A DNA stretch of 64,000 nucleotides from the human T2T-CHM13v2.0 reference genome, Homo sapiens, in assembly GCF_009914755.1 (NCBI RefSeq), contig NC_060936.1; one strand, 5' to 3'. A program made the translations under genes and the position numbers. The notes under the pieces were generated by a model. The model was not told where the DNA came from. It searched no databases and worked only from the letters and a program-made list of their open reading frames with translations. Every line of letters starts with the position of its first letter. Position 1 is the stretch's first letter. This document shows positions 1-14,155 of the stretch, in pieces.

Positions 1-1
1 A

Positions 2-318
<317 letters not shown>

Positions 319-696
319 GCCCAGCCAACTCTTTTAAACAGATGCATGAAACCTGAAATTATCACCCAGGACAAATCTTGTAAGAGTCTAGTGGATGATT
401 CAGAAAGAAGTTGCTACAGGAGTGTCCTGAGAAAGAGGATCAGAGCAGACTAAGATGACTGAGGGTGCTGGGGAAGGCAGGGGCTGGGCTGGCCTCAGAG
501 ATGGTGCAGGCTGCTTGAAGGGCAGAAAGGAGGAAGTGCCAAGAGCTTGGGCTTCGGAAAGAAGAGGTGGGGACCCAGGCATAGAGCTGGGGATGCATGT
601 GGTATTCCAAAAGAGTGAACAGATTTGCAAACAGAGGTTAAGGCGAGAGAGCAGAGGGCCTGTATGATGATCTTACAATTGAGACATCGGCTTTCC

Positions 697-960
697 ATAC
701 ATTCAATAAATATTGTGCACCTACTGTATGTCAGGCACTGTTCAAAGCCCTTGGGATACATAGAGAACAGAACAGCCATGCGGATTTTGCATTCTAGCTG
801 GAGGAGACAGGTAAATAGCAATGCACATACCAAGGAAACATTCCACTCTGTGAGAAGGTAAATGCTATGGGAGCATTGTTTGGAAGTAGAACAGGGGTAA
901 GGGGAGTTGGGAGATCTTTGAGCAGGAAAGAGTAAAGCTGAGCTTCAGGAGTCTGATGAA
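697..960 (-). mobile_element. L2 3' end remnant
   Basis: cattcaataaatattgtgcacctactgtatgtcaggcactgt. Confidence 0.65.
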
Positions 961-1865
961 AGGATGATATTAAATATTGCTTGTTTAGAATTGCTCCCCG
1001 CCTGCCCCCAACCCCCATATACTAAGGAGGACAGACCCTGAGAGCCATGATTTGTTTTGCTGAGCAGGGTGAGGGGAGGTGGGGACACAAACGGAAAATG
1101 CCAAGTTTAGAGCTAAATTGCTCCACACAGACATATGCAGAGGACATCCACAGGGCAGGGGGCTGGCTGAGGCTGGGCTGGGGGGCAGATGATAGGGGTG
1201 GCTGCCACAGATTGGACGTTTGAGAAGAGCTATCCAGAGGGATTCTTAGAATGGTTCTCTCTGGCATATGAGAGGGAACCCCTCATCCACCTATCCGTGA
1301 AACCTTCATAAAATCCACACTGGACATAGGCAGTTTCCAGGTTGAGTGTGTGTGTGCTTAATGCAAGGAAAAGAAGTGATGGGTGAGAGGAGGGCAGCCC
1401 ACCCCCAAGGACGCACGCAGCAAGACTCTCTGGGTCCAATGTTGTGTCCATCCTGGGCAGGTGAACAGCAGCGAGGCAGGGCAAGGGTAGAACAGCCGTT
1501 TGGGCTGCAGATGAGCTTCCAGGATGCAGCCCCCTTGCGGATGGCAGGGCATCAGGGGGAACAAAAGATCAGGATCCAACCCTGGACTGAAACCAGAAGC
1601 TCTGAGGTCTGATCTGTGCTCTGCCACTCAATCACTACAACCCGCCTTAGCCCTGGTGCCTCCCAGCAATGACGTAAGAACAGCTAAGAAACAGGAATCA
1701 CATTCACTAAGCAGCTGTGAGGCTGGGGGAAGGAGGAGCCCCAGGTGATGGGAGGTGTTGGTGCTGACTGATTAGAGACAGGGAGGGCTGAGGAGAAAGT
1801 CAGCTGCGAGCCTAGAAAGCCCTTGGAGATTATGAATTCTGATCTTGATGTTTACATTGAGATTA

Positions 1866-2250
1866 CTATATTTCCTATTGCTTCGGTAACAACCACAAAT
1901 TTAGTGGCTTAAAGTAACACATATTTACTATTTCACAATTCTAGAGGTCTGAAATCTAAAATGGGTGGGCAGGGCTGTGTTGGATCCCTCTGGCAGCTGC
2001 AGGGGAGAATTCGTTTCTTCGCCTTCTCCAGCTTCTAGAGGCTGTCCTTGTTCCCCAACACACAGCTGTGCATCACTGCGACCTCTGCTTCTGTCGTCAC
2101 ATCTCCTTCCCTGGCTTTGACACTTCCACCTGTCTCTTATAAGAACCCTTTGGATTCCACTGGGCCCACTGGGATGGTCCAGGCTATGCCATGGAAAGTA
2201 ACACATTCACAGTTTTGGGGATTGGAACGTGGGCCTATTTGGAGGGCCGT
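1866..2250 (-). mobile_element. MaLR LTR remnant (MLT1-type)
   Basis: accacaaatttagtggcttaaa...ccttctccagcttctagaggctg...cttataagaaccc motifs. Confidence 0.7.
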
Positions 2251-2264
2251 TAGAAGTGGAAACG

Positions 2265-2864
<600 letters not shown>

Positions 2865-4281
2865 TCTGCAGGCTCTTGGATATCAGGACTTGCATTTACA
2901 GAGAGATGAGTTAAACAGAGAAAATGGTGGAAGGCACAAAAGGGGATGAGTGCTCCAGGAGAGGTCTGAGAGAGAAGGGCAGGGGCCTGAGAAAGCCCCA
3001 CGCCCAGCCGTCATTCTGCAGATGTTTGCAGAGGGCCTGCTCTGGGCCAGGAAGGGACCGGGAGCTAGGGAGAGCACAGAAATTAATCAAATGCAAGTGC
3101 ACCCTCGAGGAGCTCACTACCAAGAAGTGGACACATAAAGGAAGATGATGATGACCAGAGAATCACACATGCGAGACTCAAGGTAATCCACGGAGAAAAA
3201 GACTGGAGTGCTCCAGGAAGGCTTCATAAGGTGGTGTATTTGAGCTTAGAAAGAGGAACAGGAGAGAAGCTTCTAGAAGTGAAGGAGGTGAATCAAGATG
3301 GCCACTGGTGTGGTGGCTGGAAGGGCCTTGGTGGCCTGTGAGAGCGAGGGTCCTACCTGTTGCCTTACAAAGCCATTGCCCACAGCTGGAGGGACCTGGG
3401 GCATGGGTGTGACGGCTCATTAGGTCACCTGGCCTCTGCGTGTTCAAATCTTACCACCAGGGGGGGCACAAGAGCCAAAGTGGACCCTGAGCCTGAGCTG
3501 GGGTTTCTTTCCCAGAGACAGGACGCCTTGAGGGAAGGGAGGAAAAGCTTTCCCACTCCAGCACCACAAAGCCTGGAAGGCCTGGCTGCTTCCATGTGAT
3601 TTCTGACTCAGGGGCTTACCCATATTTTCCTCTTCCGGTTAAGGCAAAACATAATTTTTCCATCGCTCACCTTCCTGGTTGCCTGTAGCACTAACTGTCT
3701 GTAACAAATGCACTTTGGCCCAGGGGTTTATTGTGACACAGAATGTCAGGAGGAATGAAAGACACCTCCTGATCCAAAATGCTGTGAACCAAAAAGTATC
3801 TGAGACAGGTCTCAATCAATTTAGAAAGTTTATTTTGCCAAGGTTACAGATGGGCGCCCAGGAGGCAGATCTGTGCCTTCTGCAAAGATGATTTTGAGGG
3901 CTTCAATATTTAAAAGGCGGCTGGTGGGGAAAGAGGAAGAAAGTTTTTTTAAGGTGTGGGTAGGTAAGAAACAAACGGTTGCATTCTTTTGAGTCACTGA
4001 TCATCCTCTCACTGAATGCACAATTTACATGGCAGAGGAGGGTAGAGAAATAAGTCACTTATGCCTTGTCTAGCACAGCGAATCTTCATTTTTACATTGG
4101 AGGAAGCAATCAGATATGCATTTGTCTCAGGTGAGCAGAGGGATGACTTTGAGTTCTGTCCTTTTTTCTGTACCTGTGAAGATATGCTATCAATTTACAT
4201 TGTCATGGTGAAATTCAACAGAACTGTTTTAGGGCAAATATCATAGGGTCCACCAGAAATTTCCTCATGGGCAAATTGTGA

Positions 4282-4601
<320 letters not shown>

Positions 4602-4614
4602 AAGAAGTGCATAG

Positions 4615-4948
<334 letters not shown>

Positions 4949-7841
4949 CTATCTTATTTAGGAATGGGAGGCAGGTTTGCCTGTGGCAGTTCCCAGCTTG
5001 ATTTTTTCCTTTGGCTTATTGATTTTGGGGTCCTAAGATTTATTTTCCTTTCACAATACTCTTGTACAGGTGAGGAGACTGAGGCCCAGAGAGGAGGCTG
5101 CCTGCCTAACATAGACCAAAGGGTCAGAACCAAGAGTAGAACTCAGACCCCCTCACTTCAGGCCCAATGCTCTCATCACATAAAAAGGATGCCTTGATTA
5201 TACGAATGTGGCACTGAACTATATAGGCTGACCCCAATTCTTTCTTCAGTGTAAACAATAATAGGAATAGGAGCAACAGGCAGCGTTTCTGCAGCGCTTC
5301 TGTGGCAGGCAGGTTCTAAGGCCTCCCTGTGGATTTCCTCTGTCAACACTCACGTTTACCCTAATAAGTAATTTCTATTATAAACTTAAATATTTACTGA
5401 ACTCCTCCCACCAGTACTTGTTAACTTGGGAGAAGGGGGAGATGCAATAAAATCTTTCTTTTCCTAAGACCTGTCTCCCAAGATAGATGGACGCAGGCCC
5501 AAAAGGGCACAATGGAACACTGACTGTTTTCCGGCCTCCTTCCCACCCTCCAGGGTGCTTCACACTCCTCCCCTGTGCTGGAATCATCCTGGACACTGGT
5601 TAGGATGTGTAAAGTCAAGCATCACCAAAATTCCTCTGCTTGTCCTCTTGGCATTAGGCTCAGTTTAGGCCCTGCCTCTCCTTCCTTGTCCTCCTTCCTC
5701 CCCATGTACCACTATCGGTTGTTTCCCCAGTGCAGCCAGCTGCCCGCTTCTGTGTCTTTGCATATCCAGTTCCCTCTTGGAATTCCCTCCTCCGCATTGA
5801 CTACTGACTCCACCTTCCCAAGTCAAGTCAGCTGCTGCAATGTCCCCTGCTCTGGGGAGCCTCTCGGACTCAGATTGACGTGGGGATGTGCCCTGTGCCC
5901 CTACTTGTTACTAGCTTCTGCTGCTCTGCCTCTGATCTCTCCCTCCCCTTCCCGGCCTGACACCTCATGGGGTTTTGCCCTGCCTTCTCTAGGCTTTATC
6001 CCATTGCCCCGCCTTCATTCATTCTTCTCTCACCTGAACTACTCCACAGCCTCCTAGCAGATTTGCACCTGGTCCTCAGCTCAACTTTCATCTACCACTG
6101 CTCCCCTCATATTACCTGATTGCGTCTCCCCAAATACAACATCTCCATGTTCCATGCAATCCCGTAAAGCACTGAGCCAAGGACTGGAGATGCCAACAAT
6201 GGTCCTGGTCCTCAAGGGGCTTCCTACCTGCCCCTCCGGCCTTCCCCCACCCAACTACCTAAAACACAGGCAGAGAACCTCTGAAAACACAGCAGATCCA
6301 ACCATTCCCCTGCTTGAACCTTTCGGTGGCCCCTAATGCTCAGAGTGCAAAGTCCAGGAGCACAAGGCTCTTTCTCACCTTCCCACAAACTACCCCGTGA
6401 CTCCAGGCTCCAGCCCAGAGCCCGGACAGCCCCTGCCCCAGCCTTTGCCCAGGATTCTCCCTTGGCGGCAACTTTCCCTGTGGTTCTGCAGCATCATCTC
6501 CCAGTCTGGGTCAGAGGCCTCTCCTTAGCCTCTTAGCCCCCAAGCCTCTCCCCGTAACTGCACCTATCACCCTCAAACCATTGTCTGGCTGCCTGTCTCC
6601 TCCCACACTGGTCCCTGAGCAGAAACAAGGACTAATCCATGTTTTTCAGCTCCTACCCCTAATGAAATACCCTAATAGATACTGAAAAATGTTTTTGAAC
6701 CAATGAGACAAGTCTACTGATAATAAACAGGCAAATAACAGCAATGTGCTAACAGTGGCTGTTTCTGGTGAGCAGAATTTTGAGGTCTGTTCCTTTCACT
6801 TCTTGGTATTTCGGTTGTTTCTGTAATGACTGTATCTTGCTTTTGTAATCATAAAGGACAGTAAAGGAAACTTCATTTTGAAAATAATACAAAGGGATTC
6901 GGGGACTTCAAAAGAAGGTGACTCTCCTCGTCCACTCCAGAGAATCAGGAAAGGAGTGTTTAAAGACCCACAGAATTCCTACAAGTGACGTTGGGGGGGG
7001 GCCAGCCAGCCAGGGCGCATGCCGGCCAGCGAGTGGGGTGGGCTCTGGGTCCGGGAGAAGTCAGATCAGTGCTCTGTACAGGGCCTTGAGGGCAAGACGA
7101 GGAATTTCGACTTAGGTCCTTGAATCTGGAGAGCTACAGAAAGTTTGTGAGCTCAGGAGAAGCGCTCCGAGCTCGGCATCTGGAGCAGTTCAAGGCAGCA
7201 GCGAGCAAGTCCAAAGACGCAGGAGGGAGGGTGGGGTGGAGGAGTAGAGAGAAAACAGAAGCCGTCTACAGACCCTTTTTCCCTCTGGGGCAACTAAACC
7301 TCAAGTGCAGGAAGCGCTTGGGGACTGCCCAGCCCTCAGCTGTGTTATTATTCGGTGATAGGTATTTGCTAATTACTTCCAAAAGCCTCCCATCTGTCAT
7401 CCCACCCAGACTGCGCGCTTCTAATTCCTCCTACCCCACATGCTGTGCCCAATGAAAAGTATGGTCAGCGAGCGAAGGTTTGCAAGGAGACAGACGAGGG
7501 CGAAATTAAGCCAGGCGGCTTCCCTTTAAATCCTCGCAAAGCAGAAGGGCCCCTCACTCTGGCAGCAGGCCTTGGCCAAGGGGCCTTTAGCCCTGACGAC
7601 CCGGGGAAGAGTCTCCCAAAGCAGAACGCCCGGTCCGGCGCCCAGACCAAACGCGGGGGAACCGGAAGGGCGAGGCCTCCACGTAAGTCCGCGGTAAAAG
7701 TGGCAGGGAGTGGCTGCCTGCAAAGACCCCAAGACGGCTTGAAGAAGGAGTGGGTGGCGGGTGGGGGTTAGGGCGACTAGGCGGGGAAACAGGGAGAGGG
7801 TCGGGCTCCGCGGGGCAGCTGGGGCCGGGGCTCGCCGACCT

Positions 7842-7925
7842 GGGCGGGGGCGGGGGGCGGGGGGGGTGCGGCCCGGGCGGGGCCGGTGGGGCGGGAGGCG
7901 TGGCCGGCGGGGGGAGTGGGGGCGG
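7842..7925 (+). promoter_or_regulatory. GC-box (Sp/KLF, EGR-type) array
   Basis: Repeated GGGCGG/GGGGCGGGG and GCGGGGGCG upstream of exon 1. Confidence 0.8.
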
Positions 7926-8109
7926 CTTTTCCCGGCACATGCGCACCGCAGCGGGTCGCGCGCCCTAAGGAGTGGCACTTTTTAAAAGTGCAGCCGGAGA
8001 CCAGCCTACAGCCGCCTGCATCTGTATCCAGCGCCAGGTCCCGCCAGTCCCAGCTGCGCGCGCCCCCCAGTCCCGCACCCGTTCGGCCCAGGCTAAGTTA
8101 GCCCTCACC

Positions 8110-8175
8110 ATGCCGGTCAAAGGAGGCACCAAGTGCATCAAATACCTGCTGTTCGGATTTAACTTCATCTTCTGG
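8110..8175 (+). CDS. CD9: CD9 coding exon 1 ([22 protein letters not shown])
   Basis: ATG at 8110 in ctcaccATGc; translation matches the CD9 N-terminus; donor TGG|gtgagt; 66 nt, phase 0. Confidence 0.99.
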
Positions 8176-9366
8176 GTGAGTGAGCGCGACTGCCGCGCGC
8201 TCCTCTCAGGGCCCACCTGTTCGCGGGCCCCGGACACTGGCCGCGGCCGCGAGTGCCGGCAGCTGGCACTGCCCGCACCGGGCAGGCACCGGGCGGGAAG
8301 AGAGAGCGCCCTGCGGCTGCCAGCTGGCTCCAAGGCCGGGTCCAGAGCCGGGCGGGACGGCCGCGACGGGCGCATTCGGGTGGGGGCTCATCACCGCCCA
8401 GCCGGCGTGGGGAGCCGGGCCCTCTTGAGATGAGGCGTGCGGGAGGGTCCTGAGCACTTTAGCTCGCCTAGGATTTGAGCTGGGGTGTGTGTCTGCTCCC
8501 AGCTCAAGTCCCTCCGAGTGCCAGAGAGGAAGGCAGGGAGAAGCGGAGCACCCCTCTTTGGGCCAAGGCCAAGGAGGACTGTGGTGAGCAGTATGGCTTG
8601 TGACCGGGTGGGGTCTCCCAGGTAGTAGGGGGCGCCAGGAAGGGAGGGTGCGGGCACGGCGAGAGCTCAGCCAAGAGCGGCTCTCACTTTTACGCAGGAG
8701 CGGCAGGGGTGCCTCGGCCGCGGGTCCGGCCCCGGGACCCAGTCCCTGAGAGTCGGGGGCCCCTCCACCCTTGAGGAGGAACCTCGCAGGCCCCCGTTCC
8801 CTCAGACTTTGATTCTGAGCCACCGTGAGAGCGCCGAACTCCCTGGTAGCTCCCTGAAAGACTAGCTTGTCTTGATTTCTTTCAAGGACGATAAGTATCT
8901 TCACTGGAGAGAACTCAGAGTTCGGGAGAGGAGGGGGCAGATACCTATCTGCGCCTCTAGTGGGATGAGTCCTGTGTGTGCATTTCCGGGAGAGATCAGG
9001 TGCCAGCCAGCTGCCCGCCCAGGAGAGCCTTGGCCTTGCCCTCTCCCCTCCCCGCCAGCCCAGGCGGCCCACCCAAGGCCAGGCAGGGCGCAGAGCGGAC
9101 GTTCATCTGGAGAGGCCAGCGGGGCCAGGAGCTCCAGAGACACCTGCTGCAGGCCACTCAGCCTCTACAAATGGGAAGGCTGAGAGGCGACAGAAGCAAG
9201 GAATAGGAAACCCTTGTGTCCTTGTTTCTATAGCCACATTCCCTGCACACACATGACAATACTTGCCGCTCTGCAGGCAGGAAGAGAGTCTCTATGCCAC
9301 TCTCAAGATAGATGGATGTAGAAACAGGTGCATGCCACCAGAGTCTTGTAACAAAAAAGTGCACTT

Positions 9367-9663
9367 GGCCAGGCACAGTGGCTCATGCCTGTAATCCCAG
9401 CACTTTGGGAGGCTGAGGCAGGAGGATCGCTTTCATCCAGGTTCAAGACCAGCCTGGGTAACATAGTGAGACCCCCATCTCCACAAAAAAATAAAAAATT
9501 AGCTGGGCGTGTTGGCATGCACCTGTGATCGCAGCTACTCAGGAGGCTGAGATGAGAGGATGGCATGAGCCTGGGAGGTCAAGGCTGCGGTGAGTCATGA
9601 TTGCACCACTGCACTTAGCCTGGGTGACCTAGTGAGCCCTGTCTCAAAAAAAGTAGAAAAGAA
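9367..9663 (+). mobile_element. Alu (AluJ-like)
   Basis: Alu consensus; TSD-like tgcactt. Confidence 0.93.
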
Positions 9664-11659
9664 ACAAATGCACTTATTCCCCCTGGAGCTGGTCACTGAG
9701 GTCCCCACAAGCCTCCTTAGGGAAATCTTCTAAGATTCACTCCTCCCCAGAGCTGAAGGGGTGGTTGAACAGTTTTTCCAATTTGCAGAGACTGACTTCC
9801 CCCAGTGCATCAGTCACCATAACACACACCCCAGTGAGGACGGCATATAGGTGTGCTCCTTCCCAACCCTTGACTTGCTTTAAAAAGACCCTGCTGGCCG
9901 TGGGCACCCCTCCTCCTGTGTTGCCACCCACCCCAGCAACCACCCAGCTGCCACGCTTAGCTTCTTTCTTTCACCAATCCCTGGCAGCAGAAAAGTATGC
10001 GGGAAGGCAGCTGGCCTCACCCACCCTTGAACTTTGGGAGTTTTCCTCTCCCCTCCCAGGTACAGTCTCTCCCGGCTGGTGTGTTGGTTAGTCCTCAGCT
10101 GTCTGCCTAGACTGCATCCAGGTTTGGGACTGCAGGGAAACACAGACTGCCACAGTGTGCCTCCCTACCCCCATCTGCCCCATGGCATATGCAGGAAGCT
10201 GATGCGAGGCTCACAGGGCCACTGGTATCTACTCTGTCTGTGGCCTGCTGGCCTGCAATCTGTCCGTACTGTCCTCAGCCTGCCACCCCACTCGTATTCA
10301 GAACCCCCTATGCCTGGCCCCAGCCTAGGTGCAGCTGATGACCTATGTAGTCTGAAACAGAAATCACTCACACTGGAAATGTTTGGAATGACTTTTGAAG
10401 ATCATGCAGTCCAGCTCTCTTATTCATAGTGAGGCAGCAGAGGAAGAGAGATGGGGTGATTTACCCAGGATCGCAGAGACAGAGCCAGTATTACAATTCC
10501 TGGGGCCCCTACTTTACTTCTGTCCTCTTCCATCTTCATCAGAGGCAGGAAGATGGGCAGTAGCTATGTTTTCCTGAATTACTGTTCATTTGTCCTGTAT
10601 CTGGGTCCCTATGGAGATGAAGCCCTCATCCCTAGGAGATGATGTAATGAAAAGGAAGACTGTGGTCGGTCCACTTGTGCAGAGTGTTAGTCTTTAGAGC
10701 CTTTCTTGTTCTAGTCCCATGATGTAGCCAAGAGCAGGAAGCATTGTCCCCACTGTACTGATGATCAGGAAACCATTTCCCAGAGAGGTTAGGTGACTTA
10801 TCCAAGGTGATGCGGCAGGGTGGTCTCAGAACTAGGTTACTTTACCCAACTGGTTTTGGCTGCTGAGTGGGAATGGGAGAAGGGTGGGAAGAAGCTCCCA
10901 AGACTCCCTTAAGGAAAGGTGTAACCTAAGGGAACTGCTTGGGTGATTATGTTGTCACCACGTCCGTTTCTCTCTTGAGACCAGACATTTATAAACTTGG
11001 CATTCGGAACCTGATGTGGGCCTTGAAAAGCAGGAATTGTGAGGCCAGTGCCCAGCAGCACTTTGCACAGAGGCTGCTGAGAGGGGGTGTCCAACAGGCA
11101 TCCAGAGAGAGGCCAACCTCAGTGGAGTAGGATGGTTATTGGGGGGCTGTGCCTCTTCCCTGGCCTGATCTCATCCCTGTGGGTCACTCCCTGATGGCCA
11201 CAGCCAAACCAGCAAATCAGTCTGTTCTTCCACCACCTCCAGAACCGGCCCTCCTAGCTCTATTTTGATTGTTTCTACATTTCCTTCAGACCTCCCTGCC
11301 CGCCTGCCCACCCCCCAAAAAACAGTTGAGAGGGAAAACATCTTGCTGATGTCCATGTGGTAGACACACAAGTATTTCTCCAGCTGAAATGGGGAACCAG
11401 GGTTAGGGCCAGTCCAGTCTGACACATGCATGTCTGCCCTCTTTCTGGTCAGAGAAGGGGAGGAACTCCTTAGGGCAAAAGAGGGAAAGGTTTGGCTATA
11501 CTGACAGAGCCCAATCCCCTCCCCACCTCCCTCAGCCCCTTTGCTTACTGTCTCTCATGCCTCGCTCACTGATGGAAACAGCAGTGTGGGGCTGGGAGGT
11601 CTCTTTCCCAAGAAACCATATCCCCTAGACCTAGGGGAGGCTGGTGCGAAACACAGAGA

Positions 11660-11830
11660 CCTACACTGGGAATTCAGAGACCTGGATGTGAGCCCAGCTC
11701 TGTCCTCAACTCACTTTGAAACCTTGGGTTGGTCACTTCTGTGCTCTAAGCCTCAGTTTCCTCATCTGTAAAACAATAGCTTGGAACAAATGGTCTCAAA
11801 AGGTCCTTTCAAGCTCAGTCTATGAACCCA
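11660..11830 (+). mobile_element. MIR
   Basis: Core ctaagcctcagtttcctcatctgtaaaa. Confidence 0.7.
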
Positions 11831-11889
11831 ACACCCCTACACATACCACATACAACAATAGAACTCTCCTACACAACCCAAAATAGGAA

Positions 11890-12012
11890 CCAATATTGGG
11901 TACGATGTATACTATGTTGGTGATGGTCACATTAAAAGCCCAGACTTCACCATGTGTAACAAAACTACATTCGTGTCCCCTAAATCTATAAATAATAATA
12001 TAATAAACAAAA
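11890..12012 (+). mobile_element. L1 (L1PB-like) 3' end fragment
   Basis: aaaagcccagacttcacc...gtaacaaaactaca...cccctaaatctataaa followed by an A-rich tail. Confidence 0.65.
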
Positions 12013-13820
12013 TACAAGCCCTGAATTGGAAATGGGAGATGGATACCAAGGCTTGAGTCCTCAGAACTTAGCTTTTCTTGGCCTTTACCTCTGGAGCAAG
12101 AGCCCAGCTGGTGCTTTTCTTTGCTGTTGCTTCTCAGTTCCCTCTCCTCACCCTGGGTGGGGTCTCTCTCAGGGGTGTTCATTGCCCGTATACCTTAGTA
12201 CTTGGCCTAGTGATCAAAGCACCAGTCCTGGGTTCCATGTCTCATCACCAGATGGGGCTGGTGACCACCCCACATGGTGCTGTGAGAGTTAAATGGGGAG
12301 TATGTGTAGTGCACTTAGCATAGTAGATTGCACCAGACATATCTTCCAACAGTAGCTATTGTTATTCACTAGTGGAGAGTAGAATGAGGCCCTGGGGAGG
12401 GTGAGAGCAGTTCTCTAAGAAGTGTGGAAGTCTAAACCGCAGATGTGGCCAGGAGGACCCTCCCAATCCACACACTGGCCTCCCTGCCCCTTCCTGTATC
12501 AGTGCCAACTTTGTCCTGTGCATCAAAACCCTGACTCCATTTCATGGGTTGCTACTGCTCATTTGGCTGCGGGAAGGCCCCGCTTCTGAAAATAAAATTG
12601 CCTGTCAGAGAAACCCTAAGGATCAGGATTCCGGATCTGGGCAGGGCATGGACAAGTTGGGTGGCAGTGGCAAAAGCCCCTCCCCATGGTCTGCCTTTTC
12701 CCCCAGAAGCAAGTTGCTGGGACTGTTGCATAAAATGGCTCCCACCTCCAGTGCCCAGACAGCCTGCGCTGGGGTGAAGCTGGCTACACGTGCACTGAAG
12801 CTGGCAGGCTTGGGGAGAGGTGAGCTGAGGCCAGGTATCTGCTTCCTTTGCCCAGGATTTTGATGGTCTCTCCCCTACACCCACAGTGGGTGTGAACAAC
12901 AAAGACCCAATCTTTTGATGGTGGTGAGGATTCCTCTGCACACGCTCACACTCACGTTCTCTACCCCCTTCTTTTCAACGTGGCCCACAGCACGATTCCA
13001 GACCCTGCTCTATTGTGCTCAGAGGAAGCAGCTGCTGGCTCCAGCCCGAATTTGGGAGTGCTTTGATATGCAGCCCTCTCTGGGGCCCTGCCAGTACTGA
13101 CTCTAGATGAGCCCTCTGCGGCTGCTGGGCTCACAAATCAGCCTTCTCACCCCTTCCTCCAGGAGCAGTGTTGGATGAGAATCTCCCCCTTACACACATA
13201 GATCCTGTGTTTGTTTTGTCTGCTTTTGTTTGTTTGTTTGTTTTTGTTTTCCTGTTCTGTTCAATTTTATAAGGAGGCATAGCTTTTGGACTTGGTTGCA
13301 GGGTTGGGTTTGGAACTTAATAATACCTTGGATTGACAAAGGCGCCTTTTCTTCTAAAGAACACAAACCTTGATGGTTCTTGCCTGGGTGTGGTTCTCAC
13401 CTGGGTGAGCCTGGCTGTGAGGGTAGGGGGCCTGAGGTCACCCCAACCACAGCTTCTGTGGTCCTACTGGCAGCATGTTCTAGACAGACCTGTGTGGAGC
13501 TGGGGAAAGGAGAGTGGAGAAGTTTGAGGAAGCTGCATGTTTATGTTTTGTGTTCCTCCCTCCCCCAGGTTGGGGTCAGCGGGACTTTATTTGGATCCAC
13601 CACAGGTCTTTTCAACCAAAGCCTTGCAGAAACAGGCTTTACCCCATACACACAGAAGAGCAACGACTTCCTTGTTAAGAGTCTGAAAATCTGGGTGAGA
13701 GCCTGTCAGACCCATGGCCTCAGAGAGCAGGAAAAATCCTTTGCAACTGGGAAGGAAATTCAGAAGACAAAAAAAAAAAAAAATGCAGGGGAATAGGGGG
13801 CGGGGGCTAGTCTTTATACA

Positions 13821-14155
<335 letters not shown>

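Larger units (their letters stand above)
7400..9130. promoter_or_regulatory. CD9: CpG island / CD9 promoter
   Basis: Very GC-rich and CpG-dense around exon 1; edges estimated by eye. Confidence 0.9.

Noticed and set aside
3454-3469. CTCF-like CCACCAGGGGGGGCAC, with partial matches near 8622 and 8951
   Set aside because: Each misses a conserved core position; cannot be called without scoring or ChIP data
7769-7773. Single telomere-like TTAGGG unit
   Set aside because: One hexamer is expected by chance; no array
8206-9072. 288-aa minus-strand ORF and other 100-150 aa ORFs over 7400-9200
   Set aside because: Low-complexity Pro/Arg/Gly/Ala frames expected in stop-poor CpG-island DNA; no recognisable domain
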